A stretch of 64,000 bases of DNA from Epithemia pelagica (lineage: Eukaryota; Protista; Bacillariophyta), in assembly GCA_946965045.2 (NCBI GenBank), contig OX337240.1:1426001-1490000 (forward strand), given 5' to 3'. The position numbers were made by a program, and so were the translations under genes. Positions 33,003 to 44,534 of this stretch are shown in pieces; the first letter of the stretch is position 1, and the number at the start of each line of letters is the position of its first letter. The notes under the pieces were generated by a model, which did not search any database, was not told the origin of the DNA, and worked only from the letters and a program-made list of their open reading frames with translations.

Positions 33003-34313
33003 GTGACTGAATTCACGAAGATCTTGTTGTGGTTCCTTCAGAGGATCTTCTTTGTGTTGTCGTTGATGAAGCGAAGCGTCGTCTCTCTGATGAAGCCCTC
33101 GAATACGACTTATCGTACGGACATTCGTGGTGCCCGATTCGGTTCATTGTGCGTCGTTGCAACCCATTTTCTTATTGCCAGTAGTCTCTGTCGTCCGTTC
33201 TGGGTTCTTGTGCACGGGTTACAACCATCTTCTCCTTCTACTATAACAAGCAGCAACACCATGATGCGAGCCTCAGCAGCTCAACGATACGAACCCTTTC
33301 GGAAGCATCCTCAACTATTTCGTGGTGCTCCGTTTGAGTCGTCCTGGATTCATGCGGATTTGAAAAGCTTGGTGGATCTTTTTGCTTCCATCACAACTAC
33401 CGGAGAGACGACCAACCATACGGACGCGCCAGAATCGTCTGCACCACAAACATCTCCTCCCAATCAACCGTCACCTGGAAAACAGGAAGAAGATCAGCAA
33501 CAAGAGCATCAAGTTTGTTATGACAAGGCTATGACAGAAAAGTGGTTACGCGTCGAAGCACCTGAAGTGTATTCTTTTCAGTGTTTCGACAACTCCTTTA
33601 TTCGCATGTTCAATGAAGAAATACAACATTTCTATGCAATTGCCGAACAAGAGAATATTCCCATTCGTCGTCCAAACAGTATGAACAACTACGGGGTCAT
33701 TGTCAATGAAATTGGATTGCGTCCCCTCATCACCGCCTTTCAACAAGAGTATCTTTGGCCCTTGGCGCGCATTCTCTTTCCCAAGCAAGCCTCTCAATTC
33801 GATGACCATCATGCCTTTATCGTCCGGTATCAAGCTGGACAAGATTTGGGATTGGATATGCACGTGGACGATTCCGATGTGACCTTCAATGTCTGCATGG
33901 GAGACGACAACTTCACCGGGGCCACCTTGTCCTTTTGTGGCATGTTTGGGACACCCAATCATCGCCAATTGGTCCACGTCTATCATCATGTCGTGGGCCG
34001 AGCCGTCTTGCATTTGGGCAATCGTCGGCATGGTGCGGATGATATCGAATCCGGTGTTCGGTCCAATCTGATTGTCTGGAATCACAATTGGCAATGGCGG
34101 GATACACCGGAGTATAAGGAACGACGACAATTTCATGTGTACCAAGCCGAACAAGGTCCACCCGATCCCACCTGTTTGAGTTATACGCACGATCGTGATT
34201 ACCTTGCATACAAGGACAAAAATAGCCTCCCTCCCAGCCAACGAGATCGGACCTTTCAGGGATGGTGTCCACCGCGTGGCAAAGAATATGACGGATTTCC
34301 CAAAGAATTCTAG
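33003..34313 (+). CDS. 2OG-Fe(II) oxygenase, OGFOD2-like
   Basis: Motifs RRPNSMNNYG, HHAFIVRY, LDMHVDDSDVTFNVC (HxD), HLGNRRHGA (distal His) and R-x-N-L-I-V-W. First in-frame ATG at 33066. Confidence 0.85.
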   Translation: MTEFTKILLWFLQRIFFVLSLMKRSVVSLMKPSNTTYRTDIRGARFGSLCVVATHFLIASSLCRPFWVLVHGLQPSSPSTITSSNTMMRASAAQRYEPFRKHPQLFRGAPFESSWIHADLKSLVDLFASITTTGETTNHTDAPESSAPQTSPPNQPSPGKQEEDQQQEHQVCYDKAMTEKWLRVEAPEVYSFQCFDNSFIRMFNEEIQHFYAIAEQENIPIRRPNSMNNYGVIVNEIGLRPLITAFQQEYLWPLARILFPKQASQFDDHHAFIVRYQAGQDLGLDMHVDDSDVTFNVCMGDDNFTGATLSFCGMFGTPNHRQLVHVYHHVVGRAVLHLGNRRHGADDIESGVRSNLIVWNHNWQWRDTPEYKERRQFHVYQAEQGPPDPTCLSYTHDRDYLAYKDKNSLPPSQRDRTFQGWCPPRGKEYDGFPKEF

Positions 34314-34806
34314 AGAAGAAATGCTGCAACAACAACGAACGTGGCAAGGTGACGTGACCACAGAAAAAGGTGTGAATAAATGTTTCCCCCTTGGATTTCA
34401 CATGCATACACAAACAAGAGGAGCGAAGAGCTTCATGATGGGCTGATTTCCATGTGGATGGAATCCGCAACCGTCATAGACACGGCATTCGACTGCCAAG
34501 ATGCTCACCTAGAGGACCAAACGTTGTGCTCCACGGATCTAACCTTTCTCGGATGGGTGATCGATGGGTAATCTTAATCAGGCCTTTCCCGGCATCCTAA
34601 AACCCTGAAAGGCCCAAAAAATGGATCGTCGTACGATCTGATTCTTCTATTGGCTTAGGACAAACTTTTAGAACACGGGGTGACCGTTTTGCTCCCCCAA
34701 ATCGCGTTGACTTATACCCCTCATTTTTCGGTGCAGGGGGCATGATGATGATTTCGTCGTCAACATTTTTTTCTTTTCTTCCTTCCCACCGAATACGTAA
34801 TGCACC

Positions 34807-35760
34807 ATGGCATCGAACCAACTTGAGCTTAATGACACAGGTACAACAGGACTCCTGATCGACGAAGAAGAAAGTCAGTCGTGCGTCCAGGATCAGCCAA
34901 GCACAGTCCCAGAGGGTGACGCTATGGTCGCTGTGGCACGGAATCCAAGGGAGACGGTCCGTTCGGGGGCCAACATCATGGCACACGTGCTGTCTTTTGC
35001 CGCCCTATTGACCGTGTATAGATGGATTTATAGCCTAGGAGGCCTTTCGTGGAGAGAGGGTGAGGTAAGGGTATATTCCTGAAGATATTGATGGGTGAAT
35101 TTGTCACAATCTCAAAGAAAATTCTCTGTATCTTCGATCTACCCAAAGGCAAAAGTGGTGTTCAATTGGCATCCACTGCTCATGGTTACAGCATTTTGTT
35201 TCATGACTGTGTCAACACTATCCTTCAGATCTCCATGGATGGTTCTTTCTCGCAAGGCCAGAAAAACCGTTCATGGTTTAGGCTGGTTGATAGCTGCAAT
35301 GTCGGGCTTTATTGGTTTAATTGCTGTGTTCAAGTCACACAATGATAAATCCAGTGGATACATTGCCAACATGTACAGTTTTCACTCTTGGATTGGAATC
35401 TGCGTCGTCTTTGCATATGTTCTGCAGTTTCTGGCCGGAGCGTACTTCTTTTGGTGGGCGTCGAATACAACGCTCAAGGCTTTGGCCTTGCAAGTACATG
35501 TCTTGGTTGGACCAATCTTGTACTATTCCGTCTCTGTTACCATCCTGTTGGGAATTCAGGAAAAGGAAGGCTTTGTGGGATGCTCCTATGCCGTCAACTC
35601 GGTCAATCTTTTTCCAGAAATTAGCAAGATACCCGATTCTTGCCTCGTAAGTCACACGCTTGGCCTTTTGGTCTTCTTTACCACTGTGTGTACCTTTGTG
35701 GCCTTGCACCATCGAACCCATGAGTTCCCAATAGCACCATCCCCGAGTACCAATGATTGA
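34807..35760 (+). CDS. Cytochrome b561 (ascorbate-dependent transmembrane reductase); 2 exons
   Basis: Exons 34807-35064 and 35149-35760 (289 aa) with a phase-0 intron GTAAGG...AAAG. Haem-ligand motifs FNWHPLLM, KTVHG, YSFHSWIG and QVH. Confidence 0.88.
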
Positions 35761-36222
35761 ACACACAAGGCAGCATCTAAGGTTCACCACCCCAAGCCTA
35801 AAAACATAGGAGTAGTTACAAGTATAGAGTTCGAGTTAAATTTCTCTGCGCAAATCCGGGATTGGAAAAATGAGACAGACAGCTGACCCGTAACACGTAA
35901 TCCCACGTGTCGTCTGATCGAAGAAGGCCCAAGAACCAAGTTCCACCAAGAACAAGTCAGCGTCTTTGCCTCTCTTTTTTGATATACACGATGCGCTAAT
36001 CGCCAGCGCGGTCCATAAAGAGAACCACAATCCACAGCGACAACATCATCAAGCCAAAAATCCATCCACATCCACACGAGTGGATACAAGAATCCAGAGG
36101 GGCACTCTAGTCTAGTGTATGAGATTGCTGGCTCTTCGTGTTCTTGATTCCTTTTGCGAAAGCGACGCACCATCAAAGACAGTATCCAAACGCCATTGAC
36201 AGATGGAAGATCAGACGTGTGA

Positions 36223-38208
36223 TTGCTTGAGTTTGATTCAAAGAGTTTAATCCTAGTAGAGTTTCTCTCCTGGTGTGCTGTTGTTCCTCACCATCATCAT
36301 CATCACGGGGACATTATCCATTATCACTGTGTACCATCTTTGGAGAAACGTCAAGAGACCATGGGCACCTCTTCAAGTGTGACGAATCGTCGTCGAACCG
36401 GGTTCTCGATGTTACTACTTGTGCGGAGATTCCGAAGTTTTTCTGCCGGAATTTTTTTACTGTCATACCTAATATTTCGGACATTTCCATTCCGTGGCAG
36501 TTTCCGTGACACGAGCTTATTGGTGAGTTTGGTGGACCTATTGACCCAGGCACGTCAGGCAGTGATTGACACTCTCCTGGCTCATAAAAACATCAACAAC
36601 AACAACGCGAACGATCCGTTTGCCTCGGTGGGGACTGTCTTGCTTGTTGGATTGATTGAGTACCTTTGGAGACTGGTAGAGGATGCCATGGCCATAATGG
36701 CCGTGGCGGCAATTGCCCGAATGGTCTACGTCCTTTATCACTTCTCGGTAGAAGATTGGAGGTCCCTGTTTGTGACGCGCTGCTTTCAATGGGCTCAAAA
36801 CAACCTGTCCTTTGTTCAAGCCGAGCTGAGCAAGCAAGCGGACGACATTTACAAAACAGGTGAAAGCTTGCTCCATAAGAAACCGGACCGTGTTCTCACA
36901 ACCAGGCTTCCTAAACAAGGCCGACCCGCTCAAGAAATAACCAAGGAACTGGAACTATACGCGAATCAAGAAGACAAACAATGGTCACGAGGTAGAATAT
37001 CGGGCACTGTTTACTCGAATTCTCAAGAGCATACGAACCTCATGAATCAAGTATATTCCATTTACTCGTGGAGTAATCCACTTCACCCTGGTGTTTGGCC
37101 GAAACTAAATCAATGTGAAGGAGAAGTGATTGCCATGACGAGCAACTTGATGAATGCACCACAAGCGATTGGATGTATCACATCGGGTGGTACCGAAAGC
37201 ATCTTGTTAGCCATTCGAGCCCACTTGAACTATTATGGCAAAGCTCGAGGCATTACTCATCCAGAACTGATTTGTGGAAGCACTGCACACGCAGCCGTAG
37301 ACAAGGCCTGTGATATCTTTGGTATTCGTAAAGTCACTATTTCCTGCGATGACGGAGAAACGTACCAATTAGATCCGTCGAAAGTGCGACGTCATGTGAC
37401 CTCCAACACCATTTTGATTTATGCGTCGGCACCCTGTTATCCTCAAGGCGTCGTGGATCCTATTCCTGTATTGTCCGATGTGGCACTAGAATATGACATT
37501 GGTTTGCATGTCGATGCATGCTTGGGTGGCTTTGTCTTGCCCTTTTGTCAAGACGCTCCGGTCTTTGATTTCCGTAACCCAGGTGTCACGAGTATGAGTT
37601 CTGACAGTCACAAGTTTGGTTACGCCAGCAAGGGGACCAGCATTGTCATGTACAAACACAAGGAACTGCGACACGGACAGTACTTTTGCTATGCCCATTG
37701 GACGGGAGGAATGTACTCGACCCCAACCTTTGCCGGATCGCGTCCCGGTGCCTTGTCGGCTTGTGCCTGGGCCGCCTTGGTGTCCCTAGGAGAAGAAGGA
37801 TATCGAAAACGAGCTCAGTTCATTGTGGATGCGGCTCGTGCCATTGCGAAAGGTATTCAATCCATTTCCGACATTTATTTATTGACGAGAAACCCGTTCA
37901 TGGTCGTTTGTTTTGGATCCAAGGAACTCGATATTTACCGTGTTCAAGATATGATGTCCAGCCTCGGATGGTCCTTGAATTCCATGCAATTCCCTTCGAG
38001 CATTCACATTTGCGTGACCTTGAACATTGTGCCACAGGTAGATCAGTTCTTGAAGGATTTGCGAGTGGCCGTGGCGCAAGTTAGGAAGGAAGGATCCACC
38101 GGACGTACCAAGGGCACGGCGGGTATTTATGGTACGGTTGGAGCTGCTCCGGCCGGTGCCGTGGAACCGACACTCAAAGCATTTACCGACATGACTTTGG
38201 CACCATGA
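36223..38208 (+). CDS. SPL: Sphingosine-1-phosphate lyase (PLP-dependent, group II decarboxylase fold)
   Basis: Motifs ISGTVY, NPLHPGVWP, TSGGTESILLA, HVDACLGGF, DSHKFGY (PLP Lys) and GSRPGA, with an N-terminal membrane segment. First ATG at 36361. Confidence 0.92.
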   Translation: MLEFDSKSLILVEFLSWCAVVPHHHHHHGDIIHYHCVPSLEKRQETMGTSSSVTNRRRTGFSMLLLVRRFRSFSAGIFLLSYLIFRTFPFRGSFRDTSLLVSLVDLLTQARQAVIDTLLAHKNINNNNANDPFASVGTVLLVGLIEYLWRLVEDAMAIMAVAAIARMVYVLYHFSVEDWRSLFVTRCFQWAQNNLSFVQAELSKQADDIYKTGESLLHKKPDRVLTTRLPKQGRPAQEITKELELYANQEDKQWSRGRISGTVYSNSQEHTNLMNQVYSIYSWSNPLHPGVWPKLNQCEGEVIAMTSNLMNAPQAIGCITSGGTESILLAIRAHLNYYGKARGITHPELICGSTAHAAVDKACDIFGIRKVTISCDDGETYQLDPSKVRRHVTSNTILIYASAPCYPQGVVDPIPVLSDVALEYDIGLHVDACLGGFVLPFCQDAPVFDFRNPGVTSMSSDSHKFGYASKGTSIVMYKHKELRHGQYFCYAHWTGGMYSTPTFAGSRPGALSACAWAALVSLGEEGYRKRAQFIVDAARAIAKGIQSISDIYLLTRNPFMVVCFGSKELDIYRVQDMMSSLGWSLNSMQFPSSIHICVTLNIVPQVDQFLKDLRVAVAQVRKEGSTGRTKGTAGIYGTVGAAPAGAVEPTLKAFTDMTLAP

Positions 38209-38883
38209 CGAAACTTGGTACCTGTTTAGGATTATCTTCCCCCGAGCAACGCCACTTCTCTTCTCTCTGTTGTGTGTATTTTGGTTCCTCGAACCAACAC
38301 ATAACTCTGTTGTGAGTCTTTTGTATACCGTGGCTGTACAGTTTGTACAAGAGTACCACAACTTCCACCCTCCCAACACCCTCTCAACCTATCATCATCC
38401 AAGCTTGCCAACCAGCTAGCGTCTTGTGGACTTCCTTTTGGTGTCGCACAAGATGCTTGCGGCGATGGTGCCTGTTTCTTTCTGCACGCTACTGCGCGCC
38501 CCACTATGGACTGTCCTTGGTCAGGACTGTTTTCTCGTCGAGAAATCGGTTGATCACGGCTTTCCATCCGTCCCCTCATGGCTCAGACCCACTTGGAGAT
38601 CGAATGTCATCTATCCCCTCGAAAACACATTGTATCCTCCATGTGTTTGGCGTTCGACCAGCATCCTTTTCAGTTCCCATGAAGTGATTCCCTCCATTGC
38701 AGGCACCGTCGTTTCCCGTTATTCTTCATAATCTACATAGTAGTTGTACTTGAGAACGATGGACTCTATGTCTGTTTCTGCGTAGGAGTACCTAAAATAT
38801 CCACCGAAATAACCTTAGGAATAGTTGAAGAAGTTTCTCATTGTCAGATAGTTTATCTCTGTCTGTCAGTCTTCCGAGATTTT

Positions 38884-40872
38884 ATGCGACTCTGCAGCGA
38901 TCTGAGAATTTTGTGTCAACAGTCAGTCAACACAATGGGCGATGGGCCAAACAACGCTAGGGAAAACAATTCGGGTGTCCTCTACGCTGCCGAATCAAAG
39001 CACGCAATTATCACCGAATCTGCTCTGTGTGTGGATTGTTGCCAAAGGACTCTTGAATCTGATTGCTACGGATCTGAATGTAATGGGGATCGATTTCCTC
39101 CCTCCCGACCTATCATTGCTCAGTTGGAGATCATACGCATCATGGCCAAGAACATTGAAAAAACAAAGTGGTCCTCTCCCTGGATGACCTTTCATCCCAA
39201 TTCCATCAAGACGGAGAGCTCTTCTTCCACTAGAGTACCAAGCCGCATGAACGAGAGCTCCGTAAGTGACGACAATCATGGGATGGAAGCAATAAATACA
39301 ACGAACGAGGAAGGGTTGGTGATCGTACCAATTACAGGATGGTATGCTCTGTACTTTGGAGTGGATCAACCACTGGAAGGTCATCGGAAGCGTAAAGAGC
39401 CATCGTATTCACCAGATGGAGTTGGAGAATCCAAGATTGGATTTACTCTCTGGATGGAATCTCCCGAACAGGATAGCTCGGGTTCCTTGCAAACAGTCTC
39501 CAGAAAGCGATCATTGCCAATCAGAGATGGAAATGTTGAACTTGCTTCGTGTCGAGTGGGTGTGCTCATCTTTATTACGGAAGGTGTGCGGATGCGCATC
39601 GAAGAGGAGCATGCTAAACCAACAATTTCCAGCACCGACACGGACTCTGCTACAGTAAACCAGCCACTATGGTGGCGGGTGGCCTTTCATCGTTACTTGG
39701 AACGAAGATCTGTAAGCGGTACCTCAGCTGACAACGCCTCAATACAGCCAGATGTTGGCGCGTTGGCGGCACACCCTCTGCGACGATTTTGTTGTTCGTA
39801 TTGTGGACAATGCTTTCACAATGTCAATGCCGTGAAACAACACATGGATGTGCGACATTCGCCACATGTGAAAAAGAATGAAGACGCTGTTGACTCGGCA
39901 ACGGCCACAGATAAAACCGGTGACGCAAACAGCAGCATCTGGACTCGACCGCTCAAGGTGTTGTATCAAGATGATTCTTTGTTGGTGATTGATAAACCAC
40001 AGGGAATGCCAGTCATGGGGAGTGAACATACCCTCCAACGTTCTCCTTTGCTCTTACCTCTAAAGGGGACTCGAGTTCCCGATTGGCCCAAGGCGGGCTC
40101 AGGTTCTCTTTCATGCGATACAACAGACACTCTCCATGCTCCACCAGCGGATGCCAATGACGAGACAACAAACATTGTTCCGAGTTGCGATTCCATTTTG
40201 GGAAAACCACGTCCAGTTCACCGATTGGATGCACCCACAGGTGGTGTACTGGTTGTGGCCAAGACTCGTCGGGCTGAAGCAATGCTGAAGAAACTGTTTC
40301 GAGAACGATCTTGTCACAAAGTCTATCGTGCTCTTGTGTACGGCAAACTGCAACAGCGTGGTGACTGTAACCTTCCACTCTCGGACAAGCCAGCCATGAC
40401 GAAATACAAACCCTTACGGTACAGTCGCAGTATGAAAAGTCATGATGAATGGTTAACCGTGGTGGAATTAATGCCGGTGACTGGTAGACAACATCAATTG
40501 CGGAAGCATTTACAACTACTGCGCCATCCCATTGTTGGAGATCCACGATACGGTGGTGGACACAAAGTTTTTCGCGCGACACAGTGTCCTCCAAGCACTG
40601 AGGAGAACACCAAGAAACCGTCGGACTCATCATCCATGACACCAACGCCAACACCTCCTCATTTGCAGCGTCTTTGTTTGTGGGCATTGTCAATTAAATT
40701 TCCTCATCCACTGACAGGGGCAGAGACGACAGTAAGTTTGCCAGTAGAACCAGAGTGGTTGAATCATGTGATGGAAAAGGAGCAATTGGAATGGGAATCA
40801 GCAAAGAACGGACAGTCCACGAAAGAAGCTGTCAAAGAATCGAAGGAAGTTGCCGGAGAACCTGAATCGTGA
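38884..40872 (+). CDS. RluA-family RNA pseudouridine synthase with a C2H2 zinc finger
   Basis: Motifs VIDKPQG, VHRLDAPTGG (catalytic Asp), KVYRALV, TGRQHQLRKH and HPIVGDPRYG. CSYCGQCFHNVNAVKQHMDVRH fits C2H2. Start uncertain. Confidence 0.85.
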   Translation: MRLCSDLRILCQQSVNTMGDGPNNARENNSGVLYAAESKHAIITESALCVDCCQRTLESDCYGSECNGDRFPPSRPIIAQLEIIRIMAKNIEKTKWSSPWMTFHPNSIKTESSSSTRVPSRMNESSVSDDNHGMEAINTTNEEGLVIVPITGWYALYFGVDQPLEGHRKRKEPSYSPDGVGESKIGFTLWMESPEQDSSGSLQTVSRKRSLPIRDGNVELASCRVGVLIFITEGVRMRIEEEHAKPTISSTDTDSATVNQPLWWRVAFHRYLERRSVSGTSADNASIQPDVGALAAHPLRRFCCSYCGQCFHNVNAVKQHMDVRHSPHVKKNEDAVDSATATDKTGDANSSIWTRPLKVLYQDDSLLVIDKPQGMPVMGSEHTLQRSPLLLPLKGTRVPDWPKAGSGSLSCDTTDTLHAPPADANDETTNIVPSCDSILGKPRPVHRLDAPTGGVLVVAKTRRAEAMLKKLFRERSCHKVYRALVYGKLQQRGDCNLPLSDKPAMTKYKPLRYSRSMKSHDEWLTVVELMPVTGRQHQLRKHLQLLRHPIVGDPRYGGGHKVFRATQCPPSTEENTKKPSDSSSMTPTPTPPHLQRLCLWALSIKFPHPLTGAETTVSLPVEPEWLNHVMEKEQLEWESAKNGQSTKEAVKESKEVAGEPES

Positions 40873-41065
40873 TCACATGATTGAATGTGTATGCTTTGTT
40901 GACGAAAAGCTGGAAAGCCTATGTGCTTGTCACTTTGGAGTTGACACTTTTATCATCTCTCTATTGATGAAGTTACCCTCTAGCACATTGAAACTATACA
41001 CAACAAACACATAAATGAATGGCTTCTCAGATTCGAGCCACTGATTCCTTGAGAGATGGTTGTGG

Positions 41066-41572
41066 CTATTCCAGAAGAGAGAGTCCACGCAAATCCATGC
41101 CATCTTCGCTATCCGAGTAATCGTCCGATGTTTCTGTTTCTAGGGAATCTTGACGACAGAGTACTTGGTCCTTTTCCTCATCCAGGGAAGGAAGACAAAG
41201 TGGATTTCTCGGACTTTGTTTGTACAGTTCATTGGATGCCGTGAATCCTTGTCGCCGTCGCCTCCAGGATGTGCGTAATTGGCGGTTGGAGGAGGATTTG
41301 GCGAGCCTTGGACTCGTTAATGGACGATTGGGATTGGGTCGGAACCAAAAGAGCGATTTGCTCGTACCATCTGTTTGTAAATGAGCAGGCAACGACCGTG
41401 ATCGTCGTAAGATGGGCGGTGACACGTTGGTGAGGGGAGGAGCCATTGGAAAGCTGCTGTTTGTGGGAAACGAAGGGTATCCATCCTTTTTCATGGTATC
41501 AACCCAAGAGAAATGATGAACCGATGTGGACGTGGGGGAGATGATTTGGAGTTGTGTGGATGCGCTTGTCAT
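41066..41572 (-). CDS. Possible small disordered protein (unverified)
   Basis: 168-codon Ser/Pro/Arg-rich ORF in an otherwise empty gap; no recognisable domain. Confidence 0.3.
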   Translation of the reverse strand: MTSASTQLQIISPTSTSVHHFSWVDTMKKDGYPSFPTNSSFPMAPPLTNVSPPILRRSRSLPAHLQTDGTSKSLFWFRPNPNRPLTSPRLAKSSSNRQLRTSWRRRRQGFTASNELYKQSPRNPLCLPSLDEEKDQVLCRQDSLETETSDDYSDSEDGMDLRGLSLLE

Positions 41573-42261
41573 ATGATTGTATTGACTATTTCAATTGTTG
41601 GCGTCTTGATTTGAAGGGAGGCTGTCTTTGTGAAATGAAGCGAATTCTGACATTGTGATCCACCATGTTGTTGACATACGACTGGAAAAAGAGGAAGCAA
41701 GAAAAGGATCACTCTCTAGAGAGAGAAATAATAAACAGGACTTGCAGAGCTGACGACTCAACCATAGGAAGATGACCTATGAGTTCTCGTTCCAAAACTT
41801 TGGTGTGATTGCCATTTTTTCAATTTTTGGCGAACCTTTCTATTTGCGGATGAACGGCTGGATTCTTGGATAGTTCCAACGATAACATGCACGACTGGGA
41901 GTGTACCATGATTTATTCGCTCTTGTCGGTGGTAGCAAGTCTATTTGAAAACGACGCAACACGAACGAATCAAAATTCTTATTCTCATCGTTTCCTCAAG
42001 CTAGACACGACAGACATGTTTCGAACGCTCTGTCAAGAACGTCTCATTGTGATGTGTTCCATCTACAACACGAGAATGCGGAATGCGGACGCGAATTTGC
42101 TGCTTGCTGCCGCATCACCAACTGGCACGTCGTTCGGTCGCGCATAAGTTTCCCAGTCTGTCCATCGTTTCTTTTCCTTTTTCGTTCTTCGTCGACCATG
42201 ACGGAGCACTTGAACTTGTGAAAGTAGGGTATGCAGCCACCTTCTCGTTAGAGTGTAAGAT

Positions 42262-43833
42262 ATGAACGATGACGTGAATGGAACCATGTCGAATGCTGTC
42301 TCCAGCTTCTGTCAAACCTTGATGAGGATTGATCTTGTAATCATCTTTCTTGCATCATTTATTGGTGCTCTCTGCACCAGCATCGGCATCGGAATTGTCC
42401 CCGATACAATATCCGATCGATATGCCCGATTGCACCACAATTATACGGGTCCAGATTGTGGTATGGTTGGCGCTCATGGGGATGTTCCATTGGAATGTCA
42501 AGAGGGAACAGACGATGCGCAACTTGCCGCCACGTGGTCTCATGTCGGTATCTGTGTCTTTGGCTTGATTCTAAATCCAGTGGTTGGCAGTTGGTCGGAT
42601 CGTCACGGTCGAAAGGGCGCCATGATTGCAAGTCTACTCGTTGGGTGGTTGTCCGCCATTGTATTTTTTGGAACCATTGTGACACCAACCATGGATCCTT
42701 TTTGGTATTATCTGTCCTATAGTCTGGTGGGAGGATTTCAACCTCTTGGATTGACCTTTGCGGCTCTGACCGATCTCGTGCCCGAAATGCACCGAACGGG
42801 GTGTTTTGGTGTTTTAATTGCTGTCGGATACGGTGCCTATGCGATGGGTCCCTCCATTCCGTTGTTCATGGATCACAAGCAGACGGCCCTCTGTTGTGCC
42901 GTGTTGGCCACGGCCAATGTTCTACTTGCCGCACTGTTCCTACCGGAAACACTTCCGCATCATGTCCGAGAGGCCAATCAGCAAGGACCACCTTGCAATG
43001 TGGTCGAGGGCAGGAGACCATCAGAGTCTGTCTTGACTCGCCTTCTGGGTCCCATTTTTGAGCCGGTTCGAGACATTTCCATTCTCAACGAGAACTGGGC
43101 TACTCGACTCTATGCGGTTGGTGCGGTGATTAGTAGCATGGTGTTTGCATCGGACCAAACCCTGTTGATTTTTTACATTGAAGATCATTTTGCGGTTGGA
43201 GATCAAGATATTGCCTCCATGTTTCTGGCCATTGGTATTTCTGGCCTGTTACTGCAGGCATCCATACAATCACTCGTCAAAATAACCGGGGAACACAATC
43301 TGTTGATTGGGACTTTTGTGTGTGGATCTCTGCACAACTTGCTGTACGGTATGGCTAAGTGCAAACAAACCATTTTTGTGGCACTCATCGTTTCCCAAAT
43401 TACCAAACTCAACTTTCCCATCCTGCCATCCTTGGCTTCCAAACAAGTTCCGGAAACCATGCAGGGTCGGATCCAAGGTGCTCTTTCAGCTTGTATGGCC
43501 ATTGGTTCGGCCGCCGGCCCCGTGTCCATGGAGTTTGTCTATCATCATACCAAAAACAAGACCCGGTATGGACCCGGTTTTATGTTTGTCTATGCGGCTG
43601 GACTGTACCTGTTTGGAACGGCGGTGGTAACCATGGTGCCTCGGACGACCCACGAGACGGAACAAGACTCTGGATCGCCCGCACAACAACGTGAGGGTTC
43701 GCAAGACAATGACGTAGATTGCGATCCAGAGGATGTATCGTTTAGGGAATCCTTGCTGGTGGAAGAGTCGACGAGTACAATGGATCTGGAAGAGCCACTT
43801 CTTCCACAAGCTACATCAGATACAGACCAGTGA
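42262..43833 (+). CDS. MFS transporter (TetA/MFSD14/SLC46-like)
   Basis: 523 aa with about 12 hydrophobic segments. MFS motif A (GSWSDRHGRK), plus TDLVPEMHR and QGRIQGAL. Confidence 0.88.
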   Translation: MNDDVNGTMSNAVSSFCQTLMRIDLVIIFLASFIGALCTSIGIGIVPDTISDRYARLHHNYTGPDCGMVGAHGDVPLECQEGTDDAQLAATWSHVGICVFGLILNPVVGSWSDRHGRKGAMIASLLVGWLSAIVFFGTIVTPTMDPFWYYLSYSLVGGFQPLGLTFAALTDLVPEMHRTGCFGVLIAVGYGAYAMGPSIPLFMDHKQTALCCAVLATANVLLAALFLPETLPHHVREANQQGPPCNVVEGRRPSESVLTRLLGPIFEPVRDISILNENWATRLYAVGAVISSMVFASDQTLLIFYIEDHFAVGDQDIASMFLAIGISGLLLQASIQSLVKITGEHNLLIGTFVCGSLHNLLYGMAKCKQTIFVALIVSQITKLNFPILPSLASKQVPETMQGRIQGALSACMAIGSAAGPVSMEFVYHHTKNKTRYGPGFMFVYAAGLYLFGTAVVTMVPRTTHETEQDSGSPAQQREGSQDNDVDCDPEDVSFRESLLVEESTSTMDLEEPLLPQATSDTDQ

Positions 43834-44289
43834 ACGGGCAAGAGCAGAGAAATCGTTTGTTTCCAAAATCCCAGCGTAGCAGTATGGAAACTCAGTTTGA
43901 AGAATGATGCTGTGGAAGCTTGATTGAGACACTGACAAGTGATTCGCCAATACGACATTGCAGATGATATCACCTCAAGGTTGCATGATATTGAAAGAAA
44001 GGTCTATCAAGTTAAACTGTTAAGATGTGGAAAATGGAGATTGGTCATTCAAAAAACGTTGTCAAGGATTGTTCGTCGTGTAAATACAACATGCATTCAT
44101 GCACGGGTCATGTTGGAGAGTCACCATGCTCGAGAAGGAATTAAAGAATAAAGATCATACGAGATCTACCAAGGGATACGGCTGACGAAGCTCTGAGAAC
44201 TGTGTCAGAGTCGCAGCGGATGGCATAGTATCCTTCGTATATCTTCGTCCCATATGCTTGGGTTCTGTTCTCTTGGAAAGTTGGTGTCT

Positions 44290-44508
44290 TGTGATTTCTA
44301 CGATAGGTTGGGAAGACGTAATCGTAGGGGCATTCGTAGATCGGTTGTTTTGTTATTATGAGCTTTATACGTTCTAAAAGGATGACAAGGGCAAGCCTTT
44401 ATTCACCTAACGCTTGTCCTTGCAGTCGTATGCAAAGCGAAGCGAACATCCTGTAGATTGGGTAGTCTAGGTGACCGCGAGACGTGCTATGGTTGCTATA
44501 TTCTCACA
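44290..44508 (-). repeat. 3' LTR of the outer copia element
   Basis: Direct repeat of 58148-58366, adjacent to the PPT. Confidence 0.95.
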
Positions 44509-44534
44509 CTCCCTCCCATGAACGGGTTGCTAGG

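Noticed and set aside
33546-34361. 271-aa minus-strand ORF
   Set aside because: Antisense to the OGFOD2-like gene; no domain.
6188-35760. A metal/iron gene cluster (ZIP, PhyH, OGFOD2-like, cytochrome b561)
   Set aside because: The genes are interspersed with unrelated housekeeping genes and I found no shared upstream motif. Only the OGFOD2-like and b561 genes are adjacent, which can be chance.
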